A stretch of 56,289 nucleotides of DNA, the filler included, from Catajapyx aquilonaris (lineage: Eukaryota): assembly GCA_000934665.2 (NCBI GenBank). It is 4 parts of 4 records of this genome, joined end to end, with 100 filler letters (N's around TTAATTAATTAA, not from the genome) between each part and the next. Parts side by side here need not be neighbours in the genome. Positions count along the whole stretch, not along the records: positions 14,094 to 28,081 come from JYFJ02007919.1; positions 28,182 to 42,207 come from KZ539749.1; 2 more parts are not named here. One strand, given 5' to 3'. Within the stretch, counting starts at the first letter, position 1; the number at the start of each line of letters is the position of its first letter. Both the position numbers and the translations under genes were made by a program. Below, piece by piece: positions 25,907-38,163 of this stretch. A model generated the notes under the pieces. That model searched no databases. It saw nothing but the letters and a program-made list of their open reading frames with translations, and was not told the DNA's origin.

Positions 25907-26702
25907 TATATGAACACGCCCATTCATGTCATTCACAAAGTGCAATGACTCGGAACACACAGTTGCACGTATAGGGCTATAGGCCTACTGTATATATATG
26001 GGATAGTCGAAAATTCATTACTACATAGTTCTAACTCCACTTTTGATGAAGCGGAGATATTTGAATCCAAAGTTTGCACAGTACAACAATTAGACCATGA
26101 ACATTCAAACGTAATGAGTTAATTTTTGCAATACTGTGGCTTACATACCCTACTCATATTTTGTGTTTCACGGTGCCAATGTCATTGTCGTTGTCTGTAA
26201 CAGCAGCAACAATGGTGGAGTTAGAACCTTTTAAATCACCTAATTTGAATTTTTGTCAGAATCACAAAAGTCTAACTCCCGAGTTAGAACTTCATAACAC
26301 AAACGAAAAGTGGAGTTGCACCTCTTAAGTCACTACTTGGAGTTAGAACTATGTATAGTAATAAACCGGCGAAATGCATCCTGACCAGATTTTTGGATAG
26401 GGCGATGGAGTTAGAACTAGGTTCACCTGTTAAGTCACTTTTTCTCAAAATTGGAGTTAGAACTGTGTAGTAATAAACCGGCGACATGTGATGTGACCGT
26501 ATATGCCATCTATTATTGCGTAGCGAATAATCTTGTGAATTTTAGGCGTATCATCAAAAGTAAATAATACATTAGCCTATGTAATAAAAATGTGCAGTAC
26601 AATCATGGGCAGAAGAAATAACTGCATATAGTGTCACTTCATCAGGAACATGAGTTCCCCGCCTGGGTTTGTGGCGCCAATCAAGGATCCTCTCAGGCTC
26701 CA

Positions 26703-26970
26703 GACCAGCCCACGGACACTTACCCCTATCTTCTGGGCTTATCACCTGCCGAGGGATTACGCACCGGGTGCTCCCTTGACACCGCCACGAGACATTTCCC
26801 AGAGCATTTATGTGGCGACCCTACCGGACTAAGGCTGAACTTTACAGGTACGAAAGGGGAGGGCTACATTGGGGGGCCCAACATGGCCGGCGTCGGCCAT
26901 GTTGGGCCAGCATGTAGCCCTCCCCTTTCGTACCGTGGGGAGTGACCTAACCTGAGTCTTCTACAGCCGT
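26703..26970. mobile_element. Truncated foldback-type DNA element inserted in the HP1 exon
   Basis: Flanked by duplicated GCTCCAGACC (26697-26706, 26971-26980); internal near-perfect palindrome at 26847-26934; homologous to the arms of 44930-45578. Confidence 0.8.
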
Positions 26971-27907
26971 GCTCCAGACCCTTGTCGAAGCCATTGCGCT
27001 TGCTTCTGATTTTTCGGTGGTTGACTGCAATTAGAAACATATGGTGCGGGTGAGGGCAAGGGCCAAGGGTTCTGATCACATGGTGACATTTGCATCTATA
27101 CGTATTATGATGAAAAAATAATTTAACTGGGCGCTTCTAGTTCAATAAGGTCTCATGAATTTATAATTACCCGAAACCCAATATCCTTAGGCCTTTTGGT
27201 GCATAAGGCTGGCATGTAGCCTTTACCCTTTTGTATTTACATGGTGCGAACCAAGACCAAAGATACAACATACTGAGCACGTCAGTCTTACCTGAGCTTT
27301 ATCGGAACAATACAGTATAATGGACACTAAAATGACATCTGTTAAAAAAGCTTAGGCTACTTGTTTGCTCCCTCTAATTCCCTTTAATTAATAAACTGCT
27401 TGTGTATTTTTTAATGTAGGAGGAAGGCAAAATCCATGAATGAGCCATGTATGAAGCCTGCCTTAGCCTTAGACCCTCAAAATTGTAATTCAGTGGATGC
27501 AACATGACTGTAATAATCAGGTAATAATGATCATTATGGGAGTCAGAAAACTCAATTTCTGTTATCTGCAGGTGAATCATAACTGCATGCTTATTTTTCA
27601 CGATGACAGACACATGACAACAAGTTATGTGAATATTAAAAATTCTGATAAAATAATATTTGTATGTTTGAACACCAGAATAATTCTTGTTCCTTTCAGA
27701 TATGCCAATGCTCATTCCCTTTCGCATGTACAGCATGCAGTCAAGCAAACAAGTATTTACTACTGCTGTAATTATTACAAAAATAAGCAGCTCAGAGGAT
27801 AATGCACCATTTTAAGCACGTGCATTTAAAAAAAGAGATGATATGGTGGCAGTACCAGGTAAATGCACTACTATACCATTGTGCAGTGTCTGCCATAAGC
27901 CTTGTCA

Positions 27908-28081
27908 CCCACACAAACCGGCGACACACTTTTGACACGTTTTTGTGTGTCAGGTGACACGCAAAAACGTGTCAGAAACGTGTCAGGTAATTTTGTCTAG
28001 GCGTTTTGTGTCAATTGACACACATCTGTGTGTCATGTGATATGGCATGCAGGATATACTAATTCTGTTGTGTCAGATGAC
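27908..28081. mobile_element. Inverted copy of the TGACAC-rich element end, truncated by the scaffold end
   Basis: Reverse complement of 16025-16190. Confidence 0.8.
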
Positions 28082-28181
28082 NNNNNNNNNNNNNNNNNNN
28101 NNNNNNNNNNNNNNNNNNNNNNNNNTTAATTAATTAANNNNNNNNNNNNNNNNNNNNNNNNNNNNNNNNNNNNNNNNNNNN
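28082..28181. other. Artificial scaffold spacer
   Basis: 44 N + TTAATTAATTAA + 44 N. Confidence 0.97.
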
Positions 28182-28229
28182 CTGTTGGAACGCATTGTAC
28201 AGTAGAGAGAACTATAACTTACTACCGTA

Positions 28230-28535
28230 GACGCGTAGAATCTTGCGAGTCCACAAGCAAGAAGTAAACAGGGGTGATCGTCATTGATCATAATAGAGGA
28301 AATTAAATTTAAAAAAAATATCATATTAACCAAACTAATCAGTCATCAGTTTGATTATCAAACTGATCACTGATTTGTATGTCTATGACACAGACACACT
28401 AATCAGTGATTAGTTCGGTTAATATGATATTTTCTATATTTTTAAAATTTTTAAAATTTTGCAAGATTAATTTAAGATCAATGACGATCACGGGAGTTTA
28501 CTGCCTACTTGTAGCTTAGGAAGATTCGGCGCGTC
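28230..28535. repeat. Decayed palindromic (foldback/MITE-like) element
   Basis: Inverted blocks GTGATCGTCATTGATC / GATCAATGACGATCAC and AAAATATCATATTAACC / GGTTAATATGATATTTT. Confidence 0.65.
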
Positions 28536-28584
28536 TGCGGCATTGATTGTGAAAGTATAGAATATTTACTTCTGCTGTATAGAC

Positions 28585-29034
28585 CAGGGGTATTCAACTA
28601 GTTTATGACAAGGTATTTACCTTTCCTGGGCCATTGAANNNNNNNNNNNNNNNNNNNGGGGGGGGGGGGGTAATGATATGGATTTTATATGGTACCACAG
28701 GGTTCATTTTTGAAAATAGAAACATGTCCAGCAAGGGTAGAAGGGCCTATTAAGACATTTTCGCAATTTATGAAGTCCTGTACATAATTTTTTTCGGAGG
28801 GGTGCCGATTTCATAAGCACAAGGGGAACAAGCCGTAAAGGGCAGGGAGCCAGCCCGCCACATGCGAAATTTTTTGTGGGGGTTCAAAGAGATTTGAAGC
28901 ACTTTTTCCCAAAAAAGCATGAATTAGTAACTTCTAATGCTATTTCAAACGTCTGTCCTGTATATCGTCGCGGTCCGGACAAAATTGCGTCGCGGTCCGG
29001 ATCCGGACCGCGGTCCGCCAGTTGAATAGCCCTG
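28585..29034. mobile_element. hAT (Charlie/Buster-like) non-autonomous element
   Basis: TIRs CAGGGGTATTCAACT / AGTTGAATAGCCCTG; GC-rich subterminal palindrome CGCGGTCCGGATCCGGACCGCG; the TSD is degenerate and the element spans an N gap. Confidence 0.7.
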
Positions 29035-30688
29035 ACCTAGGCGATGGAAGTGTTGGAGGCTGTATCCTCGAAATAGTTGTTATACCACATTCTTCATTTA
29101 GGCCCTAATGCTAATTATCTCGGTTTCTAAGCTGCGGATAACAACACTGAATACCTGTACTTAAAATAATCGTCTATAACCCATCTACCATCCGTCAAAA
29201 TCTTGGTACATTAAATTCCCACTCCCTGTATTTCCAGGGAGGCCTAATTGTTTAAAAACACGATTTGGCGAAATATGGAACAACCCGTAATGACTTTTAA
29301 AATTTGCGTTTGCCCGGAATATTACTCTCTGTCGCTCTGTTTATGTTTATACAGCCAGCACTAAACTCCCCTGTACCTATATCCTAGATGCTCAACTGGA
29401 ATATGCTGCATGGTGTGACGCGGTGTGACGGTTACAAGATTGTCCTCCCATACTTCAGCTTTAAAGACACGTAACTAACCTCGGAGGGAGGTCGCGTCCC
29501 ATTTGTGTTGACTATCAGCGGCTTATTAAATTATCAGTAGACCTAGCTTTTATTTTCTTAGGCAAATGTCTCATCGCAGGTGACTTTTATTAATTAGCTG
29601 CAACGAAATCTTCACAAAATAATGGGCACTCGGACGTATACGACTATACGTCGTTAGACTAAACTTATGTAGGCTAACATTTAAAAAAATCAACAGAAAT
29701 ATTATACAGGGTGATTCAAAATACTTCTCCGACTAACATTGCTACTGTATTTGTTCGCAGTAAGAGGCTTATTTTGTAGCAGTTACTTCTGCATAGTGCG
29801 TAGTTTTAGGGGTTATGAAAAGCATTAGCTGCTAATATTACGTCAAACCGAATAATCGATTCAAGCTCTGAAGTTCAAAGTAAGTTTACTTCCGATTAGG
29901 AATGGCCCAATGGAACACTTGACATCTTACGTCAATGAGAGAACCACTTCGGGCATGCCTGACCGCCTTGCAGGCTTGAAAAAGGATGGGTAGCCTATAT
30001 GCACGAGTAACCTAATATTAGTACCTAATATAGCAACTGCTATATAAGGGACCACACAGGAATAATTGGGTATCTCGATCGGGACGCAAAAAGCTACACA
30101 AAATGACAATTTCGGGCGAAATTTGCTATAACTAAAAGGACCCGATACACTTGGAACACACTGTATAAGTTATTGCACAAAAAACTACAAATAGGTATGT
30201 AAATTATAATTGCAAAACATGGTAAGGCATGGAAAATGTTTCAAAATTCAATAAATTACTCAAGGAGGGGGCCAACATTAACCTCAGATCACTATAATAG
30301 TTACGTGTATAATCAGAGTTACTGCGTATAAGGCAGGCACACTATGTATCATAGTTTTACGGCCCTGGATGTGGGGGAGGGGGTCGGAAATACGGTATAT
30401 AAATAACTAAACTAAAAGGCTCTCACGTTTTGGTACATGATCTAGACGTTGCAGCTATTTTTTGGCAAGGGCAATTATACTTTATTATCCTTTATTATCT
30501 AGACAGGCACTGACGTATTTAGGTTTTTGCAGCCCCTAGTCATAGCCTTATCTGTCGCCGCCCCCTCCTGGCTGATTTTTATTCCGAAATTTGCGGATTT
30601 CAAGGCCAAATATCTCGAAAATTGTTATTTCAAAAAAATTAGAATTTTGGTAATGAATACTACTATAGTACCAAAAACCAGGGAATTT

Positions 30689-31038
30689 GGGCGACACGGT
30701 GGCCGAGTGGTTAGCGCCGCAGCCTTCCACCTCTAAGGTCCCGAGTTCGATCCCCGGGTCGGACGGAGGATACTTATGTGGATAGAGTTTCGATGGGTTC
30801 TCTCCGTGTTCGCGTGGGTTTTCTCGGGGTTCTCCCGTTTCCTCCCACTATCAAAATCCATCACATTACAGGCAAATGATTAAAATCGGTTATTCAAAAG
30901 ATGATCCCCTAAGAGGCCCACGGGGCCTGTCACATCTCAACTTATTATAAACTGCGGATGGTTAGAATTGGATCCATTGCGATGTCATGTGACGCCACAA
31001 AATGTTGGCAGTGGGACTAAAACGCAGTCCAAATTTTT
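30689..31038 (+). mobile_element. tRNA-derived SINE, family B, with V-domain-like core
   Basis: A box TGGCCGAGTGG, B box GAGTTCGATCC, core TCTCCGTGTTCGCGTGGGTTTTCTCGGGGTTCTCCCGTTTCCTCCCAC; second partial copy at 51944-52057. The 3' end is approximate. Confidence 0.8.
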
Positions 31039-31384
31039 CTCCAAATTTCCCATATAATGTTAACAATTTGCGCCTAGTCACTCCTACGGGAGCAAGAACC
31101 CCCTAGAGCAGCACCTTTACGCTGTGATTGAATGGCAATGCAAGCTAAATCTGCCGGTAATCCATCATTTGTGGGCAGGTTGCCAAGCTATGACGCGAGG
31201 CTTCAGTTTGTAATGAACTTTTTTCTTCTTCACAGGGTCTAGAATTCCATGGAATAAGTTTGCTGTTTCATTGAAATAATGTCAAAATTTGACTTAATGA
31301 CGTGGACTCTAGGAAGAATATTTGAACATTCTTAAAACAAAGGAATACTAACTGTAAGTACGTACAGTAAAAAGTACGGTACGA

Positions 31385-31461
31385 TATTATTTTATTTCTT
31401 ATTTATTTTATTTACTTATTTTTATTTTATTTATTTATTTATTTTATTTATTTATTTATTT
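31385..31461. repeat. (ATTT)n/(ATTTT)n low-complexity tract
   Basis: Read directly. Confidence 0.8.
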
Positions 31462-33078
31462 GGGGGGGGGGGGGNNNNNNAAGACAAACCCGAGTATATA
31501 TCAAATGTGGCATTCTTTGAGAGAGGGTCTGCGTGAGAGTGAATGACATACTGACGAGCGCGCGCGTGTGTGAATGACAATCCCGGTGTTTAGTGGAAGA
31601 CAGAGGCAGAAGGCCCACTGCGCCTGCAGTGCCCACCTGTCTACTGTATAGGTTTTACTGTAATATTATTTTTAATTCCATTTTTAAATTTTTTTAGGAT
31701 TCTCCGATTACCCCGCCATACCATCTCAGCTAACCTGAACCTGGACTGCTAATATTATGACAACCCTTATATAAAAGCACCAGCAGTCAAGGAACATTTA
31801 TTCCAGATGTCGCCCGCAGGACATCGCACACCCACAAGACAGTCGCATTCACTTTCAATTTCCCATCATAGGGCTCCGGCAATGAAGTGCTGGCATTGAC
31901 CTGGATAGGTAATACGGTGCTCAATCACAAAACATCGTACACTAGTCAATCACGACATATCGCACACAACTACCTTTCGTGTTATAACAACTATTGTTCC
32001 CTGTCTTTTTCACTCATGTATTACAATAGATCTCACATGATTGTCTCAATAAACGTACTCATTGAAATGGAAGGTCCTTTCATTGTTCTAACCGCGCGTA
32101 ATGTGACACTGGCCTCGATAATAAACCAATTTATGCAACATGGTTTAGCGTACTCTGCATGTCATCATACAGATTGCTTCCGCACCCTCTTTCCCACGTG
32201 GGCCGGCCTTGGACTTAAGACTATCGAGTTAATTAATTCCCTGGCCCACACTTTCACGAACACGTACTACTATATGTGTATAACAACTTATTGTAATTAT
32301 TTAATTAACATCTGGTTCGGTATACTAAACGGTTGAGATTCCAGACGAAAATCCTTCTGTGTACAATTGGTCCATCTATATTGTGGGATACCATACTCAT
32401 TACTTAATATAATCGAGCCTATTGCTTATATTGGGCATTTAGTATTGTGGTCACTCTCGGGACAACCGCAAATGGTGAGTGCGCGCTCTCACATTTTGTT
32501 CATTATGTCCATTATTAACCTCCCATGTGGAAGTGACAAGGGCATACACGCGTGTCCGACGTTGTCGTGAAGTTAAGGCGCGAAGAAAAAAAAATATGGC
32601 TCTTGGGTCGACCTTGAAGGAGACCACTGCGAAACGAAAGTATGTCACGTCCATTCGGCTACATAATCTGTGAATGGGGGACCTTATGACCATGATTTGC
32701 TAGCCCCACAGCCATCTCTCTTAGTCAACGTAATCATGTCTTATTTCACGTCCCAGCCGGAGACCGAAGGTGACTTCACTTACGGAATGGACAGCTTATT
32801 ACGGGAAAATTATTACGTCAGTGGCACAGTACCTTTGATTCCAGATTGGGTCAATGTCATGTCGATTGATTTCTGGCCATTGATTTATAATGAACTCATT
32901 AAGGCAAATCATTATAATAATAAAGAAAGTGGGGGTGAATTCATTGGACGATATATTGGTAATATCATGATATGACGAGAATATTGATGAGACGGTAATT
33001 GGTATCACATCAGCAGTTTAATTACTCGCTCTGTTAGTCTAGTCCTGGTGACCTTGTATAGTTAATATATAAGCATAC

Positions 33079-33366
33079 GACCGAAGCAGGTTGGTGTAGT
33101 GGATATGGAGTCCGCCTGCTAATCGGGAGGTCCTGGGTTCGAGGTTCGAATCCCGGTGCCGGCAACTCTGACCGTGGTTTTCTGTGGTTTCCCACGGTTC
33201 CTCCAGGTGAATACCGGAGTTGTTTCCTAGTTAATAGGCCACAGCCGCTTCCTTCCATCCCTATCCCGTCCCAAAAAAAGCGAAATAAAGTTTACAAGAG
33301 TTCCAGCCAAAAAAACAAAATCTCCCCCCTAAAAAGCCAGAACGGCTTCAATGGGGTATGATATTA
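33079..33366 (+). mobile_element. tRNA-derived SINE, family C, full length
   Basis: A box TGGTGTAGTGG, B box GGTTCGAATCC, body motif GGCCACAGCCGCTTCCTTCC; perfect 17-bp TSD TTAATATATAAGCATAC at 33062-33078 and 33367-33383; reverse copy at 42308-42501. Confidence 0.92.
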
Positions 33367-33476
33367 TTAATATATAAGCATACAGACATTATATCGAAAG
33401 CTCTACAGTGTGGTAATTTTAGATGTCTTGGGGTTGGGGAGTTACACTGTATTTAATAGGCTACAATCTCTTAACA

Positions 33477-33826
33477 CAATGGCGTAGACTTTGTCATATG
33501 GCCACATTCACTTCATCCTCATATAATATTATCTCCTCCGCACAAAATGTATTTAGAGTGAGGGAAATGCAGATACAGTAATATATTTTCCTCTGTAATG
33601 AAATGGGGCAATTTAATATTACTAGCGCCAAGTAATGTCCTCAGCTCTTTTTGCTGTTTTCTTTGGGATAAGACAATTTTTCTCCCTTCCGAGAATTCAT
33701 TCATTTACACTGTTAGCCTTAAATGCATTTTCTTTGATTACATCAGCATTTTCTTAAAATACAATATGTGCGCTGGGGGGAATACTTGCCGTGCCATGGG
33801 CGCTGGCAACCCACGCTACGCCACTG
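33477..33826. mobile_element. Possible hAT-type MITE
   Basis: Short TIRs CAATGGCGTAG / CTACGCCACTG (10/11); no TSD recovered. Confidence 0.4.
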
Positions 33827-35968
33827 TGGAAGGCTAGTGATTTTTTACATAAACTTGATGAGTGTCCCATCTCATTTGTACAATTTCGACACCAGCATGG
33901 TCCACTAACTGGAGTAATAGTAGCAAGTTAAAACTAGGGAGGTTAATTGTGGACATCCTGTATTTTCTGTCCATTTGTACTCCCTGTTCAGTTGTAATAA
34001 TGGTTTAATATTGTATATTGAGGAAATGTTTCCAGAAACAAAAAAACTAATTCACTGGATTTAAAAAATTTCTGACCTTGAATGTGACAGGTGCTACCAC
34101 CTGCTTGGTTGATAATGAAAATGACGCTTATGATGATGATCTGAGTTTATATATAACTTAATTTTGCAGACAGCTTACATGAGCAGCATTGGTGGAGTAA
34201 GTAACGATGATGCCGTACAGCTGATTGAACTATCCCTCAAAACCAGAATGGCTCCACCTGGGTTAAATATAATGCAGCTATGATGGTCGCAGGGGCTCCT
34301 GCCTGAGTTGGGTCAGTTTTATGAACCCAAATTTTTGATAAAAATGTCTACCCTGTTTGGGTTATGCTGGTGACCCTATAATAAAGTCAGAATTTTGTGA
34401 CTAAATTATTATTGAGTCACCATCTGATCAACACTACTGAACCAGTTGTAATGATGCAATGAGAACCAAAATTTTGGGTCGCTTTGTTGGGTCACTGCTG
34501 ACACGCTAAAATATCAGAATTCTGCAATCATCACAACAGTTTCTTTTATTTTTCTAGTAATCAAGCATGTTACAGGTTTAGCAACTACAGTACGTATACA
34601 GCAGGTTCACTCCCAAAGAACATAATTCCATAACCACATAATATTTTAAAATGCAGTTGAAATTTTTTTATTCCAAAATCCAAAAGCTATCTTGTTCCCA
34701 AGGATTTTGGAAAAAGGCTTTCCAACTGTCACACTAAGTTATACAGTAAAGAAATAATACCAGATTCAGGATGTTGCTCTTGGCCTATATGACATATGAA
34801 CACCCCTATTTTTGTTCAAGATCATAACGAAATGAGTGAGCAGCCAACTAATTAAATATTATTTAGCTAACTTGGTGTGGAATCACTCATTGGTTAACTT
34901 GATAGTTAACATTGAACTAGCATATATGAGGTTGTCTGCACTGTGCCACTTGTTTCCACACGGATTCCAGGTCCAGCAATCTCATTATTACGCTCTTTCC
35001 CAGTAAATGACTGCATATCAGTTAGTCAATATTCTGCTTAATTATGTCATTGTTAGAGTATCCCATGTTTCTCCCATACTGTGCTACATAATTGTGCAGA
35101 TCCAATACCATATCATGGTCACTCAATGCTCACTCCTGAACACCTTTTTTTTATTTTTTTATTTTCCAAATTTTACCACAGACTCGCCACATCCCACACA
35201 TATCAGTCCCCCTGCAGGAGTCCCCTATTTTCTCTACATATAAATTGCTCTCTACACATACTTAAAAGGCCCAAACTATTTTGTCTTCAATAAAATATAC
35301 TAATTTATAAACTAGGGAGAAAGATTCTCAATGAGTGGCATAATGAAGAGCTAGTCCAAATGAATTATACAGAACCATGAGCTGATTTACATTCAGTTAT
35401 TTTGTTGATATGGCATTTGATTTACCGCTGATTTTAAACAGCCCCTTTCGCAGTTGGAGATATTTGCCATTGTAAGTTGGCCATTCAGAAACTCCTGTAG
35501 TATGAGGAGATCCCGCATAGTGCTCGCTTAGCCACACAGATTATAAGTATGGTAAGTGTCCCAGTGGTCAACACGTTAAGGAAAAATATTCACGTCAGAC
35601 ACTATTCCCTGGGGAATAGTTTAAGAAATCATGAAGTAAAAATATCGTTCGAATCTGCTCACCCCACCCACTTGGACGATTGCGAAAAGTCCATAAGAAA
35701 GTGAACAGACAATATTCCTTTTCTGTGTGCAAAATTGATGATTACAAATCACATTGGCTTAGCTTTGGGTTGTTTCTGCACTAGTTTTGATCATACAAAA
35801 CCTATGGGTCTGGGAGGATTGAAAAAATCTGTTCACCTGTCTTTCGCATCCCTCGCAGTGGTCTTTCCCTCAACATTCCCAATCTAAATCCGCATCAATG
35901 GTGCCCCAAAGCAGTTCATAATAACTAAACATTGCAGATCACATGGTGGATCCAGATAACCCGAGTAG

Positions 35969-36728
35969 TCCGGGCCCTAAGCGTCTTAACCTTGCACTTT
36001 GTGATAAAAATGTGCCACTTGGCACATATGTTCCTTAGGCCTGTAGGAGCAATTCCAGAGTTGCAGGCAACTGATCGGCCCTTTAGGTCAGGAGTTATGC
36101 GGTGTTGCCAACATGGCCTGGGATGACCTGAGCGTTTTTAACGTTGCATTTTGCGATAAGAAGGTATACCGCTTGGCACATAATTATGTTCCCTAGGTCT
36201 GTAGTAGTCGTTTGAGACATGGCGGCACTTGATCGGCTCTTAGGTCAGGAGTTATGCGGTGTTGCCAACCTGGTCCTGGACCTAAGCGTTTTGAACCATT
36301 TTTAACTGCATTTTGGGATTTTGGCAAGCATGTTCCCCAGGCCTATAGGTTCCATTTGAAAGTTGGCAGCACCTGATCTGCCCCTTAGGTCACGAGTTAT
36401 ACGGTTATGCATAGGTTCCGGACCAGGTTGGCAACACTGCATAACTCCTGACCTAAGGAGCGGATCACGTGCCGCCATCTCTCAAATGGATCCTATAGAC
36501 CTAGGGAACATGTCTGCCAAGTGGCACCTTCTTATCACAAAGTGCCGAGTTAAAACGCTTAGTTCCCTCATCAGGTTGGCAACACCGCATAACTCGTGAC
36601 CTAAGGGGCCGATCAGTTGCCTGCAACTCTGGAATAGCTCCTACAGGCCTAAGGAACATATGTGCCAAGTGGCACCTTCTTATCACAAAGTGCAAGGTTA
36701 GGCCTGATTTTTGCGCTTAGGGCCCGGA
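35969..36728. repeat. ~760-bp foldback built from ~150-bp tandem units (about 3 forward, 2 inverted)
   Basis: Unit motif TTAGGTCAGGAGTTATGCGGTGTTGCCAAC repeats at ~36084, ~36240 and ~36385 and in reverse at ~36425-36457 and ~36575-36605; outer ends TCCGGGCCCTAAGCG / CGCTTAGGGCCCGGA. Confidence 0.9.
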
Positions 36729-36755
36729 ATAGAGGGTGTTTAATAAGCACCAAAA

Positions 36756-37334
36756 TTACTTTTCTTTTGTGTGTGTTTTCACATGCTTTTTCAAATTTCC
36801 TTAGCCTGCAAACATATTCTTGCAAATGAGGCAACTGAATGGCTTCTCCCCTGTGTGGGTTCTCGTGTGTGTGTTTAAACTTCCTGACTGACTAAACCTT
36901 TTCTTGCAAATTGAGCAACTGAATGGCTTCTCCCCCGTGTGGGTCATCATGTGGTTATTCAAATAGTCTGACCGACTAAACTTTTTCTTGCAAATTGAGC
37001 AATTGAATGGCTTCTCCCCCGTGTGGGTTCTCATGTGTGTGTTCAAACTTCCTGAGAGACTAAACCTTTTCTTGCAAATTGAGCAACTGAATGGCTTCTC
37101 CCCTGTGTGGGTCATCATGTGGTTATTCAAATAGTCTGACCGACTAAACTTTTTCTTGCAAACTTGGCAGCTGAATGGCTTCTCACCAGAATGGATTCTC
37201 ATATGCATCCTTATATTTTTCCAGGAAGCGAATATCTTCTTGCAAATCGGACAAACCTTCCCCTCCAAGTGTTGCCTTCTCTGCAGCATGTCTTGCTGAT
37301 TTCCATTCTTCACATTTTCTTGACCATCGTTTCC
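36756..37334 (-). CDS. C2H2 zinc-finger protein, terminal exon (5 intact fingers; 6th interrupted by TAA); gene probably disrupted
   Basis: CxxC-x12-HxxxH fingers with TGEKPF linkers. In-frame TAA at 36803-36801 is followed by GNLKKHVKTHTKEK* ending at 36756. Candidate acceptor TTTTAG precedes 37334. Confidence 0.82.
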
Positions 37335-38163
37335 CTAAAATGGGTATGAGCTCATCACATTCTTGAAATAAATGCAGGTGTACATGAAGAGTGAATGTTG
37401 GCACTATCTAGGCTTGTCTTGCAATACCCCCGAATGTGTAATTATAATTGACACTCGACCCATTTTTAATTTTCAAGGATGGAAAAATACTTGTAGTACC
37501 TCCCTCAGAGTATTGCTTTCGTGCCTACATGCTCACACTCTTTGCTTCACGTAGGCCTATTCATTCTCATTATTACTCTATCACTGCCACTGCTGTCATC
37601 ATAATCTGAACTGCCTTTGTCACTATAAAGGTCTTCTAACTTAATTCTTTTCATATTGTGGTGTCCAGAGGAGCCACAGTGACCCACCTGCGTCCCAAAA
37701 TGTCACTCTAAGCAGGAAAGGTGGAAATGATCTTGGCAATCCACAATCCAGGGTACAAAATGAAATTAGCCACATCCTAAACATATACTTGTTACTTGGG
37801 TGGCATGCTTCTTCCATAAATCATAAAGCTGCTGCATGGAGTAGTGCAAACACCTACATTCCAATCACATTCAAGACATCTGTTGCTGGATGGAATTAGT
37901 CACAGGGAGGAACAAAAATCCACTCTCTGCAGGTCTGAGAATAGGTCATTCATGCAACATTACTGTTGCAAATTTCGAAATGAGCCAGCAGAAGTTGTCC
38001 CTAATTACATTCTTACTCACAAATGAGAGTTGATTTTTTCCTGGCAGGTTTTTAAGTCTGAAACTAGGATTAAAAAATTGTACATATTCAATATTACTGT
38101 ATTTGGTTTATCACAAGATTGGGAACCTTAAAGAATTTTCATTTTAATGACAATAGTTACATA

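Larger units (their letters stand above)
24492..27024 (-). pseudogene. HP1: HP1/chromobox family pseudogene fragment (hinge end + chromoshadow domain)
   Basis: Minus-strand exon ~27024-26635 encodes KRNGFDKGLE[insertion]LEPERI/IGATNPGGELMFLMKW. Terminal exon 24619-24492, after acceptor TTCTTCTTAACAG, encodes KGSDMAEVVPAKVANTRW/PQIVIRFYEERIIWHCCASSQD*. This matches the HP1 chromoshadow consensus GFxRGLEPExIIGAT...GELMFLMKW...PQxVIxFYEERLxW. There are two frameshifts, a ~270-bp insertion and no GT donor after the split Trp codon. Confidence 0.88.

Noticed and set aside
16025..28081. One giant transposon bounded by the inverted TGACAC-rich repeats and carrying the Arf-like and HP1 genes
   Set aside because: The apparent termini (GGG at 16190, CCC at 27908) face the enclosed genes, so these are two separate copies rather than outer TIRs of one element.
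30689..30765. tRNA gene-like sequences (also 20926, 33079, 42430-42501, 51980-52057)
   Set aside because: They have A/B boxes but no convincing cloverleaf and continue into shared SINE bodies, one with a 17-bp TSD.
35969..36728. CRISPR-like regularly spaced repeats (also 41865-42078 and 26020-26485)
   Set aside because: The intervening sequences are homologous rather than unique spacers, some units are inverted, there are no cas genes and the context is eukaryotic.
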